From Candidatus Thorarchaeota archaeon (lineage in GTDB: Archaea; Asgardarchaeota; Thorarchaeia; Thorarchaeales; Thorarchaeaceae), in NCBI GenBank assembly GCA_016933575.1, contig JAFGAR010000028.1:1-64000 (forward strand): a stretch of DNA of 64,000 nucleotides, written 5' to 3'. Numbering within the stretch: the stretch's first letter is position 1; each line of letters opens with the position of its first letter. The notes under the pieces are model-generated. The model worked only from the letters and a program-made list of their open reading frames with translations. It did not search any database and was not told where the DNA came from. The translations under genes were made by a program, and so were the position numbers. Below are positions 48,148 through 59,218 of this stretch, in pieces.

Positions 48148-49017
48148 CTATACTTTTTGTAGAATCACCTGTGGATCGATTTTATTGAGGTGTATGCCTA
48201 GTTTCTCAAAGTCGATTCCTAGTGCGGGTCCCAAGAATTGTGGTAATGGGATGACTGGAATCTTAGGTGCATCACCTGCAAGATCATCAAATTGTATCGA
48301 AGTCAATTGGATATCACAGAACTCACATGCTGTGATGATTCCATCGACATTCTCTGCACGTATATTAGCTATCTTATCAAGACCAATTCTGGTAGCAACA
48401 TCTTGGTCCATCGCAAGCATAGGACCGCCGCAACACCGAGTCTTCCCAGTGTAATCAACCGCTGTTGCTCCAGTCAATTCGATAATACTATCGATAATCG
48501 TTGGATTCTCAGCATCATCAACCTTTACAATCTCAGGCGGTCGTGTGACATGGCAACCATAGTGAGCTGCAAGTCTGAGATCACTACTGTAAGGTTTGAC
48601 TATTGCTGATTTGATTGCTTCATATCCAATATCTTCTCGAAATATCTGAAGAAGATGTTTCACCTCAGAGGTACCAGTATATTTCAATCCCTCTTCTTCA
48701 AGTAATTTGTTGACTTCATCACGAAGTTTAGAATTATTGTCAAGATCATGCTTTACAGTCTTCAGAGACCCTGAACAAGCACCACATATTGCTAGGATGT
48801 CAAGATTCATACTCTCAGCCAATGCAAGAATACGACCACTCATGGCTGCAAAAGCAGTATGACTGAGTGATTCAACATACTGAGCACCACAGCAGTTGGC
48901 ATCCTTCATGAGAGTGAGTTTTATCCCTAATTTATCCAGGACAACCATAATGGATGCTTCATATGCTGGAAGTCGAACTGGTGTTGTGCAACCAGTGTAT
49001 AATGCAAATTCTTTCAC
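48148..49017 (-). CDS. hdrB: Heterodisulfide reductase subunit B
   Basis: Two CCG domains: GC..CCG..CGAC; HYGCH..CCGG..CEFC. Confidence 0.92.
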   Translation of the reverse strand: MKEFALYTGCTTPVRLPAYEASIMVVLDKLGIKLTLMKDANCCGAQYVESLSHTAFAAMSGRILALAESMNLDILAICGACSGSLKTVKHDLDNNSKLRDEVNKLLEEEGLKYTGTSEVKHLLQIFREDIGYEAIKSAIVKPYSSDLRLAAHYGCHVTRPPEIVKVDDAENPTIIDSIIELTGATAVDYTGKTRCCGGPMLAMDQDVATRIGLDKIANIRAENVDGIITACEFCDIQLTSIQFDDLAGDAPKIPVIPLPQFLGPALGIDFEKLGIHLNKIDPQVILQKV

Positions 49018-49547
49018 TTCTTATTACCTCCGTCAATGTAGCGCTTCTTGATCTTCTTCACAAACTCATTATTCCAGTCTAGATCAATATCAAGACCTAA
49101 GTCAGATCTATCATCTTCAATGAAGTCTGTATAAGCATCGTTCAGGAGCCAGCCATCCTCAAGGACTTTGTTTACTGTGTTTTGGAATACTTTGGGAATA
49201 TGACCCTCTCTTGTTGCAATCTCACGAACAGCATGGAAAATCTCAGAGAGATTGACATCTTCCTGACAGCGTTCTTCGCAGAGTCTACAAGTCATGCAAA
49301 GCCATGGCAAGTCGCTGGTAAGCACTTCTTCGCGTTTACCAAGTAGGATTTTCTGTATAAGCTGGCGGGGTCGATACTTGTCAGTCATGTTCGCTACCAT
49401 GCACGATGCAGTGCACATTCCACATTGGATACACTTCACAATTCCTTCTCCACCGAACTCCTGCTCGACTTCCTTTGCAAAGTCTGAACTTGGGGCATGG
49501 TTGATGTGTGAAGGTTCCTTGGTCACATCTTTTGCCATAGATTTCAT
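49014..49547 (-). CDS. hdrC: Heterodisulfide reductase subunit C
   Basis: CIQCGMCTASC, WLCMTCRLCEERC. Confidence 0.92.
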   Translation of the reverse strand: MKSMAKDVTKEPSHINHAPSSDFAKEVEQEFGGEGIVKCIQCGMCTASCMVANMTDKYRPRQLIQKILLGKREEVLTSDLPWLCMTCRLCEERCQEDVNLSEIFHAVREIATREGHIPKVFQNTVNKVLEDGWLLNDAYTDFIEDDRSDLGLDIDLDWNNEFVKKIKKRYIDGGNKK

Positions 49548-52297
49548 TCCTCCTCCCTATCGACCTTGGATAGAATGATGGTCGCTCGCATAGCTGCTGC
49601 ACTTCCAGCTGAAACCGAGTCAGGGATATCTTTTGGTCCATCCGCACATCCTGCAACAAAGACACCTGGCACATCCGTATCAACAGGTGTTAGGACAGCA
49701 TCATGAATTGATACGTATCCTTCATCGCTAAGATCCATATTCAGCTCTACTGCAAGATCTTCGAGACCCTCTGGTGGTTGTACTCCTGGACTGATAATCA
49801 CAAGGTCATGAACGACATCACGTAACTCTCCAGATTCTGTATCCTCGAATCGGACAATGCATTTGTCATTCTCCCTATCATGCATGACCTCTGCCACACG
49901 ACCTCTCACAAAGTTCACCTTGAACCGTGTTCGAGCCATTTCAAAGAACTCTTCGAACCCTTTACCGAAGGCTCGTATGTCAGCATAGTAAACTGTGACT
50001 TCAGAATCGGGATGATGTTCTTTAGACATCACAGACAACTTCACGCCATACATGCAACAGACACGGCTGCAGAATGGTACGCCCTTCTGAACATCACGAG
50101 CGCCAACGCATTGAATGAATCCAATACTGTGGGGAATCTTACCGTCACTGAGCCGGACAAGATGTCCATGTGTAGGACCAGCAGCGTTCATGAGCCGCTC
50201 ATATTCCATTGCTGTGATGACATTGGGTATCTTACCATAACCATACTGAGGATATTGTGTAACATCAAAGAGTCTGTACCCAGTGGCTAGAATTATTGCA
50301 CCTACATGAAGGTCGACAATCTCATCATGCATCGAATGGTCAATAGCCTCTCGTGTGCATGCTTCGACACAACGTTCGCATTCACAGCACACCGCACATC
50401 CTAAACATCGTTCTGCCTCGGTTATGGCAGTGGGCTCATTGAAACCAAGTTCAACCTCAGAGAACGCACGCTTTCGACTTGCAAGAGATTGCTTTGGCAT
50501 GGCACTCCGACCCTCTACAGGGATCAGGGACTTATCGACCTCGTACGATTGAACTCTATGGCGCTCCTTAGCACGACCTTCCATCAAGTCAATGCCTTGG
50601 ATATATCTATCAATTGACTCAGCTGCATGCTTACCATGACCAACTGCTTTTACAACAGTCGAGGGCCCGATGAATACATCTCCACCTGCAAATACACCAG
50701 GTACATTTGTGGCAAGAGTCACTGGATCAGCTTTTACAGTAGCCCACTCTGTGCAATCAAGTTCGTTTTGTACACCTCTGGGATCAGCAGACTGACCGAC
50801 TGCTACAATGAGCTCATCAACAGCCATTGTAAACTCGGAGTTCATGATTGGGACTGGTCGGCGTCGTCCTGAGTGATCTGGTTCTCCGAGCCGCATCTTA
50901 ACACAGCGAATGCCAGTGATATGACCCTTGGATGTGAGTATCTCTACTGGATTCGTCAGTAGCATGAATTTAATGCCTTCTTCTTGAGCATCATCAACTT
51001 CACTTGGGATAGCAGGAATTTCTACATGAGAGCGTCTATAGACGACTGTAACCTCTTTTGCACCAAGTCGCATAGCTACACGAGCTGAGTCGATAGCGGC
51101 ATCACCACCACCTACAACTACTACACGCTCGCCTACTGAGACTTTCTGGCTATTATTTACTTCCTCAAGGAATCTAATCGCGTGAACAACACCTTCAGAG
51201 TCTTCGCCATTGATACCGAGTTTATTGCTCTCCCAGGCTCCTGTCGCTACAAATACTGCTTTGAAACCTTTCTCTAGCAGTTCGTGAATCGATTTTACAG
51301 TAGTGCCAGTCTTAATTTTAACACCCATATCAATAACTCGTTGAATTTCTTCATCAAGGATTTCACGAGGAAGTCGATATTCTGGAATTGAATATCTTAG
51401 CATGCCGCCGGCTTTCTCTTGCTTCTCGAAGATTGTGACGGGATATCCCCTTCGAGCAAGATGATACGCACAACTTATTCCACCGGGGCCAGCACCAATA
51501 ACAGCGACTCGCTCCTTCTTATCGATCTTAGCCTCAACAGGTGGCGCACCATGGCTTCTTTCATAATCAGCTAGAAATCTATGGAGATTCCTGATACTGA
51601 TACTCTCATCAAGCATGCCTCGTTCGCACTCTGCCTCACAGAAGCTGATACATACCCGGCCTAAGACTCCAGGGAAGGGAATGGACCTCCGGACAATCTC
51701 TAAGGCTTCATCGAATTTACCATGACGCATCATAGTCACGAAACCTTGAGCATTGACCTCAGCAGGACAGGTTGCTCGACACGCTGGTTCACCCTTCTTG
51801 TCTACAGTCACCACGTTAGGAGTGGCTTGTGGGAAAGGTGTGTAGATAGCTTTTCTAAATCCAATATTGCTATCGAACATATTTGGAACTTCAACAGGGC
51901 ACACAGAGATACAATCTCCACAGCCGCTACACTTGCTCTCGTCCACATAGCGTGCATGTCTGTGCACACGAACTCTGAAGTCACCAGTCTCACCTGATAC
52001 TGACTTTATCTCGGAATATGTGAGTAAATCGATATTCGGGTGACGAGCTACTTCACTCAGTTTTGGAGTTAGAATACAAGCACTACAGTCAAGTGTAGGG
52101 AAGGTCTTGTCAATCTGTGCCATTACACCGCCTATTGAGGGGGATTTCTCGAGAAGGGTTACTTTATAGCCCTGGTTCGCGATGTCAATTGCAGCAGTCA
52201 TTCCTGCTACGCCGCCACCGACAACGAGCGCTTCGTTTGACCTAATCTCGGTACCGCCTCCACTAGGGTTGGATTTGGGATGTCTCTCAGTAGTCAT
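49544..52297 (-). CDS. HdrL-like protein: HdrA core with inserted GltD/NfnB-type NAD(P)H oxidoreductase module
   Basis: HdrA motifs flank ACRATCP..GRVC..FCE.EC.R, GAGPGG, GGML.Y.IPEYRLP, GGGDAAID, YRRS, VFAGGD, EAERCL.C; start moved to MTTERH after GGAGG. Confidence 0.88.
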   Translation of the reverse strand: MTTERHPKSNPSGGGTEIRSNEALVVGGGVAGMTAAIDIANQGYKVTLLEKSPSIGGVMAQIDKTFPTLDCSACILTPKLSEVARHPNIDLLTYSEIKSVSGETGDFRVRVHRHARYVDESKCSGCGDCISVCPVEVPNMFDSNIGFRKAIYTPFPQATPNVVTVDKKGEPACRATCPAEVNAQGFVTMMRHGKFDEALEIVRRSIPFPGVLGRVCISFCEAECERGMLDESISIRNLHRFLADYERSHGAPPVEAKIDKKERVAVIGAGPGGISCAYHLARRGYPVTIFEKQEKAGGMLRYSIPEYRLPREILDEEIQRVIDMGVKIKTGTTVKSIHELLEKGFKAVFVATGAWESNKLGINGEDSEGVVHAIRFLEEVNNSQKVSVGERVVVVGGGDAAIDSARVAMRLGAKEVTVVYRRSHVEIPAIPSEVDDAQEEGIKFMLLTNPVEILTSKGHITGIRCVKMRLGEPDHSGRRRPVPIMNSEFTMAVDELIVAVGQSADPRGVQNELDCTEWATVKADPVTLATNVPGVFAGGDVFIGPSTVVKAVGHGKHAAESIDRYIQGIDLMEGRAKERHRVQSYEVDKSLIPVEGRSAMPKQSLASRKRAFSEVELGFNEPTAITEAERCLGCAVCCECERCVEACTREAIDHSMHDEIVDLHVGAIILATGYRLFDVTQYPQYGYGKIPNVITAMEYERLMNAAGPTHGHLVRLSDGKIPHSIGFIQCVGARDVQKGVPFCSRVCCMYGVKLSVMSKEHHPDSEVTVYYADIRAFGKGFEEFFEMARTRFKVNFVRGRVAEVMHDRENDKCIVRFEDTESGELRDVVHDLVIISPGVQPPEGLEDLAVELNMDLSDEGYVSIHDAVLTPVDTDVPGVFVAGCADGPKDIPDSVSAGSAAAMRATIILSKVDREEE

Positions 52298-52621
52298 AAA
52301 GCCGACCTCCATATACTCTTATCATATTGTGATAATAATATGTGATGAGGAAAAAACCGGTCCATATGCCTCTGAATAGACATGATTTGGATTCCCATCA
52401 GTAGGGAGAATTCAAATGTTTGGTTAGTTTTGGCTTCGTTCAAAGGCATCAAATCTGGACCTAAGTTCTGTTTTCGTACAAGAAAAATGATAATATTCTT
52501 GTCGAGTCTGAGAACGTCTAGCTCCGCAATATTCACCTATTTATCTCTTACACATTTGTATTCAGAATGCTCGAAACCATACATTTTGTAACAGAACTGT
52601 GATTAAGTGTATTTGGAGCAT

Positions 52622-52638
52622 AATTAACGACGTTAATT
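52622..52638. promoter_or_regulatory. Perfect palindrome between pckG and the hdr operon
   Basis: AATTAACG-A-CGTTAATT. Confidence 0.35.
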
Positions 52639-52652
52639 TGAGTTCATCTGCT

Positions 52653-54533
52653 TCAGGTACTAGTGAATTTGTTAGGTGCAATACATTCGCCATGAATTTT
52701 TTCAACTTCAATCAGACGAACCCTCTGTTCAGAGAGAGCATCAGATAATTCCAAAGGAGCATCAGGAACTGTCTCATGGTATATCTTCTCAATGCGATCT
52801 ATTTTCTCTAGAAGTTCAGGAACACGAATTGAGAACTGCTCGATATAGTCACTCTCAGCGTATGTCTTATTGAGAATCTCTCTGAAGAGCATTTTAAGAT
52901 CCTCATATCTTGGAATGTAACCAATGGGAGTCTTGATTGCCTCAACCTCGCCATGGATTCTCCGGTCCATCCAATTTAGCCAGACTCGTTTTGCGTCCTT
53001 GCCGGTGATGTACTGACCTTCAGCATTCTGTTGGAAGTAATTGACTGCAAAGATGCGTGGAGGATTCTGTGCACTTTTTCCAAATTTTAGATGGTTTTTG
53101 ATATACTGGCCTAACGGAATTGATATGAAATCGAGGTTTGAGAAGGGTTGAAACATACGCACTCCGCTAGGACCAAGTGTGGCTGCGGTTGTCTTACTCT
53201 CAAGACAAGCACCCATAGTAAGGACGCCATGGTCCCAATTAAAGGACTCCTGAACTGGAACCCATGTATCTGAATCCCTACCACCGTAGATGATTCCACC
53301 GATCTTTACTCCTTGCGGATCCTCAAGAGCAGAGTCAAGATTAGGAAGTCCTTTCAGGCTTATTGTATACCGAGCATTCTTATGTGCCATTGGTATCTCT
53401 TCGCCTTTTTCATCTACTTTGCCAATCCACCATGGGCCTGAATGATTTACGCCACGGGGCGGAATAGGGCGCCCATCATCAAGCCAATGAGGGTATCCCT
53501 CTTCAGTGATCAGTACATTGGAATATATTGCAGGTTGGCAGGAATTTAGGACTTCCCAAATGACAGGATCATCTTCCTGACTTACGGAGCGTATAATACC
53601 AAAGATGCCTTGCTCAACATTGACTCCGCGAACATGACCATTTATGATTCTAAGGTAAGTTAAATCATCACCAACGATTGTTGCACCTTTCACCATTGAC
53701 GTACTAGTCTTACCACAGGCAGAAGGATACGCTCCAGTGAGGTATGTCTTCCTCCCTTCGGGTCCATGAATTGCCATGAGAAACATATGCTCTGCAAGCC
53801 AATCTTCTCTGTTTGCCTTTCGAATAGCAAGCCGGAGAGCTAGCTTCTTGAGACCTATGGTATTTCCAGCATACTGGGTATTGTAGCTGTAGACCGTATT
53901 CTCGAGATAGTCTATGGCTACGCCTCTTTGTTGCCAACCAATGCTAACAGATTGCACAAGTTTTCCGGATGAGTGCAGCATCCAAAATATCTCCTTATTG
54001 TCCGGAAGCCTCTTGAAATACTCATAACCAGTACGGTAGAGAAGATCTTCACTATGTGCTACATAAAATGAATCAGTAATTTGAACACACGGAATTGAGA
54101 AATCTGAATCAAGGGGGCCTAGACAGAAAAAGCGAATCACCATTTTCTTGTTGTGCATACAGCCTTTCATGCGTTCTTCGACTTCTTTGAGACCAATATC
54201 CCTGTCAATTTGCTCCACTTGCTCTCCGAGAGATTCACCCTTCGGTACCAGGTATTGCGTATGACCTTTGTCACGAGCTTGGTCAAAGAAACCATCAAAA
54301 TGAACGGTCTGGGTGTTTATAGCGAGTTCAGTTTCTTCGCCTCGAGCAATTGCTGTTCGGCGAATATAGTCAATATCCTCTTGTGCATCAGTACATACAA
54401 AGACCTTCATTGGTTCACAGAGATCTACTGCTTTCGCTACAAACCGATGTACATCTCTATTTGGGATTGCTAGTAATTTTGCCAGACCTACAGGAGTCAG
54501 GTAATGCTCAAGTGTTGAGATAACGTCTTTCAT
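52653..54533 (-). CDS. pckG: Phosphoenolpyruvate carboxykinase [GTP]
   Basis: YAGNTIGLKK.ALR, WLAEHM, GAYPSACGKTS, VGDD, AHKNARY, IYGGRD. Confidence 0.95.
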   Translation of the reverse strand: MKDVISTLEHYLTPVGLAKLLAIPNRDVHRFVAKAVDLCEPMKVFVCTDAQEDIDYIRRTAIARGEETELAINTQTVHFDGFFDQARDKGHTQYLVPKGESLGEQVEQIDRDIGLKEVEERMKGCMHNKKMVIRFFCLGPLDSDFSIPCVQITDSFYVAHSEDLLYRTGYEYFKRLPDNKEIFWMLHSSGKLVQSVSIGWQQRGVAIDYLENTVYSYNTQYAGNTIGLKKLALRLAIRKANREDWLAEHMFLMAIHGPEGRKTYLTGAYPSACGKTSTSMVKGATIVGDDLTYLRIINGHVRGVNVEQGIFGIIRSVSQEDDPVIWEVLNSCQPAIYSNVLITEEGYPHWLDDGRPIPPRGVNHSGPWWIGKVDEKGEEIPMAHKNARYTISLKGLPNLDSALEDPQGVKIGGIIYGGRDSDTWVPVQESFNWDHGVLTMGACLESKTTAATLGPSGVRMFQPFSNLDFISIPLGQYIKNHLKFGKSAQNPPRIFAVNYFQQNAEGQYITGKDAKRVWLNWMDRRIHGEVEAIKTPIGYIPRYEDLKMLFREILNKTYAESDYIEQFSIRVPELLEKIDRIEKIYHETVPDAPLELSDALSEQRVRLIEVEKIHGECIAPNKFTST

Positions 54534-54725
54534 TCATTAGCCTCAGAGACCACGGGGATGGTTTTGCAGCGTACAGTTTCTTAATATAATTTCGTCGCCA
54601 GAGGCAAAGATTGAGGGCTCAAATGCACGATTGTGCATGTCGGCTAAGGCAAGACTCAAATGTAAGACCAGTCCGGATGCAATACCAGTTCAGTTGCTTT
54701 GTAGCATGATGGAAGGTGAACATTC

Positions 54726-56912
54726 TTGGTGCTTAAGGAATTCACATACACAGTTCCTAAGATTGACAAGGGATATGCAAATCAGACCCTCTATATCAAT
54801 CTCTCAGATAATATAATTAAGATAAAACCAGTAGACCAGAAGATGAAGGAGACCTTTACCGGTGGAAAAGGATTCGACCTCTGGCTCATGTGGAATGGGC
54901 TTCCCAAAGATAGGATTGTAAAATGGGATGATCCCGAGAATGAGATCTGTATTGCCACAGGACCTCTAGGAGGCGTGACACAATATCCTGGTGCAGGAAA
55001 GAGTATTGTCACTTCCATATCTCCAATGACAGGAATCCCAATTGATTCCAATGTTGGGGGCTATGCAGGACCAAACCTGAAGTTCTCCGGATTTGATGCC
55101 ATGGAGATTCAAGGCAAGGCGAAGAAAGACGTTTACATTTTCATCGATGGTGATAATGGACTTATTGAGATTCATGATGCTAGTGACCTCCCAGATACAG
55201 CATACGAGATAACACGCGTTTTAACAGACCGTCACACTCAAACTGAAGGCAAGGACATGGCTGTAGTGACTTCTGGTCCAGCTGCTGAGCATGCATGGAT
55301 GGGATGTCTCAATTTCTCTTGGTGGGACATGCGACGAAATGTTCCTCGATACAAGCAGGCAGGACGCGGGGGCATAGGTACTGTCTTCAGAAATAAGAGG
55401 ATCAAAGCTATTGCTATCAAATTCGAGAAAATAACTCTAGAACTGAACAATCCAGCTGACCCAGATGAGGTCAAGAAAGTCGGTCGCGACCACTCGGGTG
55501 AGATTCTCCAACTTGATCCTAAACAGAACAGAATGCGGGTTATTGGAACTGGTCACCTTCCCTCAATCATGGATGAGTTTGACCTTCTACCAACTCGTAA
55601 CTTTCGAGCTGGTAGCGACCCAGAGGCAGTCAATTTGTTTGGAAATGTCTGGGAGACCATCTACACGGATGCAGGAAAAGGATGGGATGGATGCTGGCGT
55701 CCATGTGCTATCAACTGCTCTCACTGTATTGAAGGATTCGTACCCAAGACGGGTCCTTTCAAAGGGAAGAATGTTGTCGTTGATGGTCCAGAATATGAGA
55801 CCATTGCAGGTTGCGGTTCAAACATAGGCATCTTCAATCCGCATTATGTTGCTGAATTGAATTTCTACTGCGATGCCTATGGTATCGATACTATCTCTTT
55901 TGGAACTACCATGGGATTTGTCATGGAACTCTTTGAAGGTGGCTATATCGACGAGAAGGCTACTGGAGGTCATAAACTCAATTGGGGTGCTGCTGAGGAA
56001 GCACTTGCAGTTCTTCACGAAATGGCAGAAGGTAAAGGATTTGGTGGACAGCACTTTGGTAAAGGTGTCCACTACCTCAAGGGGTACTTCGGTGACAAGT
56101 TCAACGTTGATTGTGACTTGATGCATGATATTGGAATGGAACATAAGGGTCTCGAGTACTCCGAGTATGTTACCAAGGAGAGCCTTGCTCAGCAAGGTGG
56201 TTACGGTCTCACACTTAAGGGACCACAGCACGATGAGGCGTGGCTTATCTTCCTCGACCAGGTTCATAACTACATGCCCAGCTTCGAGCAGAAAGCAGAA
56301 GCGCTTCATTACTTTCCGAACTGGCGAACTTGGTTTGGATTGAATGGATTATGTAAATTGCCTTGGAATGACGTCGTTCCTGCGGATAACGCTCAGACCA
56401 AAGAACCAGCAAAGGTGCCAGGTCATGTTGCCTTCTACGCGAGATTCTTCGAGGCAATGACAGGGAAACCCACAAAGGGCGATGACTTAGTCAAGATGTC
56501 AGAGAAGGTCTACAACTTCCAGCGTTTATTCAACATCAGACAGGGCAAGGGTCTCAGACTCCATGACTCCTTCATCCCATACAGAAGCGCAGGTCCAGTG
56601 ACTGATTGGGAGTACGAGTCCCGTCAGGAACGATATGATGAGCAGTTGAAGGAATCTGGCATTAATATCGATGGTATGTCAACGACTGAGAAGAACAAGA
56701 AACTCCGTGAGATTAGGGAAGAACGGTACAGGTTATTGACCGATGCAGCCTATAAACGCCGTGGCTGGACTCGAAACGGAGTGCCGACCATGGAGAAGGT
56801 CAAGAAGCTTGGTCTAGATTGGATCTCAGAGGTCGTCGATATCGTGAATAAGTACGAAGGAGCACAACCTCCCAAGGACACACTCCCATCTTCAGAAGAT
56901 GCGTGGAGATAG
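54726..56912 (+). CDS. aor: Tungsten-dependent aldehyde:ferredoxin oxidoreductase family protein
   Basis: GGKG, SISP.TG..DSNVGG, AGRGG.G.V, C..C.I.C, GPEYET, D.YG.DTIS, GLC. Confidence 0.9.
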   Translation: MVLKEFTYTVPKIDKGYANQTLYINLSDNIIKIKPVDQKMKETFTGGKGFDLWLMWNGLPKDRIVKWDDPENEICIATGPLGGVTQYPGAGKSIVTSISPMTGIPIDSNVGGYAGPNLKFSGFDAMEIQGKAKKDVYIFIDGDNGLIEIHDASDLPDTAYEITRVLTDRHTQTEGKDMAVVTSGPAAEHAWMGCLNFSWWDMRRNVPRYKQAGRGGIGTVFRNKRIKAIAIKFEKITLELNNPADPDEVKKVGRDHSGEILQLDPKQNRMRVIGTGHLPSIMDEFDLLPTRNFRAGSDPEAVNLFGNVWETIYTDAGKGWDGCWRPCAINCSHCIEGFVPKTGPFKGKNVVVDGPEYETIAGCGSNIGIFNPHYVAELNFYCDAYGIDTISFGTTMGFVMELFEGGYIDEKATGGHKLNWGAAEEALAVLHEMAEGKGFGGQHFGKGVHYLKGYFGDKFNVDCDLMHDIGMEHKGLEYSEYVTKESLAQQGGYGLTLKGPQHDEAWLIFLDQVHNYMPSFEQKAEALHYFPNWRTWFGLNGLCKLPWNDVVPADNAQTKEPAKVPGHVAFYARFFEAMTGKPTKGDDLVKMSEKVYNFQRLFNIRQGKGLRLHDSFIPYRSAGPVTDWEYESRQERYDEQLKESGINIDGMSTTEKNKKLREIREERYRLLTDAAYKRRGWTRNGVPTMEKVKKLGLDWISEVVDIVNKYEGAQPPKDTLPSSEDAWR

Positions 56913-56916
56913 AATG

Positions 56917-56962
56917 TGAAGGAGAGAAAACATTCTCTCCAGCTTCCCTTTTTCGTTTTTTC
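56917..56962 (+). terminator. Hairpin plus U-tract after aor
   Basis: GGAGAGAA-AACA-TTCTCTCC-AGCTTCCCTTTTTCGTTTTTT. Confidence 0.65.
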
Positions 56963-57030
56963 AAAGAAGTAAGGATATAGATATTAACCGCAACATTCTG
57001 GTTAATTGATACTTATGGAGACGAACAAGC

Positions 57031-58053
57031 ATGAATGACACGCTAACTCCTGAACGTAAGAAACGTCGAAAGTCGATCAAAGGTGCGTCACGAATTGAAT
57101 ATGCTGGACCCTTGACAAAAGAGATCATTGAAGATTTTGTGATTGCAGCTCCCAATGTTCAGATTCTCCATATTGAACTTTTGGATGATACGAGTTTCAA
57201 TCTTTCAGACCTACGAGAGTTGAAGGACTTACTTGTACTGAAGGTCAGCGAAGGATATGACCTAAAGCAGGTAAGTCTTGAAGGCATTCAAGAATTTAAT
57301 CTTCTGACTGGATTAGAGATCAATATCAATTCTGCAGATACTATTGAGGAGATTGATCTAGCACCGTTGAAAAATCACCCGGAACTTACTGTACTAACGA
57401 TTGCAGGTCAGGTAAGAACTCTAAAAGCAATCGATACACTAAATACAATTCCCAAATTGAACTCCATAGGTCTCTATTCTCTTGATATTTCTGAACTGGA
57501 CCTCTCCTCGCTCGGAGGATGCAGCAAACTAGAGAGTGTATATCTTGGAGACCTTGGTTCAGAGAAGCCAACGAAACCGTATAGAATAATACTCCCAAAG
57601 GAGGCTCCAATCAAGATTCTTGAAATATCAGAATGTTATAGTGATGACCTTGTTGTAGAGGTTGATTATTCATTTCTTAAAGGAAAGGTTGCTCTAGATA
57701 GTTTCAGTGTTGTCAACTGTAATCTCACATCATTTGATTTGGGCAATCTCGCATCCCTTAAGAGAATTGGCCATCTTGATTTGTCCCAGAATAAAATCAC
57801 GCATCTTGACATAACACCAATTTTGGATATACCGATGTTTACAGAGGAAGCATTGGGTGAATCACCATTTGCTACAGATCAAGATGTAATTATTCAAATC
57901 TCCAAGAACAAGGAGCAAGAGATAGATGAGATTCTAAAACGACCTGATAAAATCGTAGAAGATCATGATGGCTCATTTGCTATCAACTACGAGTTTGGTC
58001 ATCAGTGGTTGAGAAAACTCCTTGAATCATACACAATTGAATGGATTGAATAG
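57031..58053 (+). CDS. Leucine-rich repeat protein
   Basis: IDL.PL....L..L, LDLSSL..C.KL..V.L, LDLSQNKITHLDITP. Confidence 0.75.
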   Translation: MNDTLTPERKKRRKSIKGASRIEYAGPLTKEIIEDFVIAAPNVQILHIELLDDTSFNLSDLRELKDLLVLKVSEGYDLKQVSLEGIQEFNLLTGLEININSADTIEEIDLAPLKNHPELTVLTIAGQVRTLKAIDTLNTIPKLNSIGLYSLDISELDLSSLGGCSKLESVYLGDLGSEKPTKPYRIILPKEAPIKILEISECYSDDLVVEVDYSFLKGKVALDSFSVVNCNLTSFDLGNLASLKRIGHLDLSQNKITHLDITPILDIPMFTEEALGESPFATDQDVIIQISKNKEQEIDEILKRPDKIVEDHDGSFAINYEFGHQWLRKLLESYTIEWIE

Positions 58054-58096
58054 AATTATTAGCCGCCTTTTATTTGGAATAGTACGAGGCTTCTCG

Positions 58097-58735
58097 ATGG
58101 TTAAATGCACTGATTGTGGACGTTTTGCATGTTACTCAGGTGATCTCGATAATCTTCCTATGAAGGAATATTGCCCAATGGAGGTTCAAAAAGAAACTCT
58201 CACAGAGGCAAAGGAATTGTACAATGACCAAGCGAATAGGAAGGTTTCTCAGGAGTCCGCACGAGTAGAAGCTACAGGGTATTGCGAATGGACACGCGTG
58301 CAAGAAACCATGGAATTTGCAGAACGAATGGGAATCACAAGACTTGGAATTGCATACTGCATAGGACTGCGACGAGAAGCTAAAACACTTGCTCAAATCT
58401 ACACAGAAAACGGATTTGATGTCGTATCAGTCTGCTGTAAAACTGGTAGTATCCCGAAAGAAGAGATAGGTCTTCGTGATGACGAGAAGATTCGTCCGGG
58501 CAATTTTGAGGCTGTATGCAATCCAATTGGACAAGCATTGGTTATGAATGCAGAAGGCACAGGTCTCAATGTCATCGTGGGTTTGTGTGTCGGTCACGAT
58601 TCCCTCTTCATCAAGCATTCAAAGGCACTAGTAACATGCCTTGTTGCAAAAGATAGAGTGCTTGCGCACAATCCAGCAGGAGCTCTCTACACATCCCAAT
58701 CATATTACAAAAAGAAACTATATGGAAGGGGATAA
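58097..58735 (+). CDS. DUF1847 family metal-binding protein
   Basis: TRVQE..EFA..MG...LGIA.CIGL..EA, SVCCK.G..PK, CNPIGQA, GLCVGHDSLF, KDRVL.HNP. Confidence 0.85.
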   Translation: MVKCTDCGRFACYSGDLDNLPMKEYCPMEVQKETLTEAKELYNDQANRKVSQESARVEATGYCEWTRVQETMEFAERMGITRLGIAYCIGLRREAKTLAQIYTENGFDVVSVCCKTGSIPKEEIGLRDDEKIRPGNFEAVCNPIGQALVMNAEGTGLNVIVGLCVGHDSLFIKHSKALVTCLVAKDRVLAHNPAGALYTSQSYYKKKLYGRG

Positions 58736-58822
58736 TGTTTTTCTTCAAATTCTCAGTTGAGAGATTTAATCTGGAAACTACTTTCTTTTTGGAAGTAGAA
58801 CCAAAGCAGGAGGAATCAGCTT

Positions 58823-59140
58823 GTGCAGAATATCGGAGAGATATATTTAGCATTGACATCTATCGGATTAACAAGTCTAGTAGTCTCATTGATTTGCACA
58901 GTCATTCTACTAAACAAGCTAGGTGTATCAAAAACTGCTTGGGTCTACACCGCTTTAGCAGCAGTTGCGTTCCTCTTTGCTGGTAATGTTGCAGTTGCAT
59001 ATGCCACAACAGTGACAATTGTTGTTATTAGTTGGGCAACTCCATTGGGAATAATCGGTGGATACCTACTCATAGCTCTTGGTATAAATCAATACTTGAA
59101 AGATAGGAAGATAGTGGTGAAGTTGGGAGAGAATTCATAA
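58823..59140 (+). CDS. Small 3-TM membrane protein
   Basis: RBS AGGAGG, GTG start, hydrophobic helices. Confidence 0.6.
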   Translation: MQNIGEIYLALTSIGLTSLVVSLICTVILLNKLGVSKTAWVYTALAAVAFLFAGNVAVAYATTVTIVVISWATPLGIIGGYLLIALGINQYLKDRKIVVKLGENS

Positions 59141-59218
59141 TTTATGATAAAAGCTGGTTTTTTCGTGAAATTAACTATATCGAAGAATTCTTATTTGTCA
59201 ATGCGTTAAACCTTATGG

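Noticed and set aside
52294-52591. Short ORFs between pckG and the hdrL-like gene
   Set aside because: No RBS or motifs; likely promoter region
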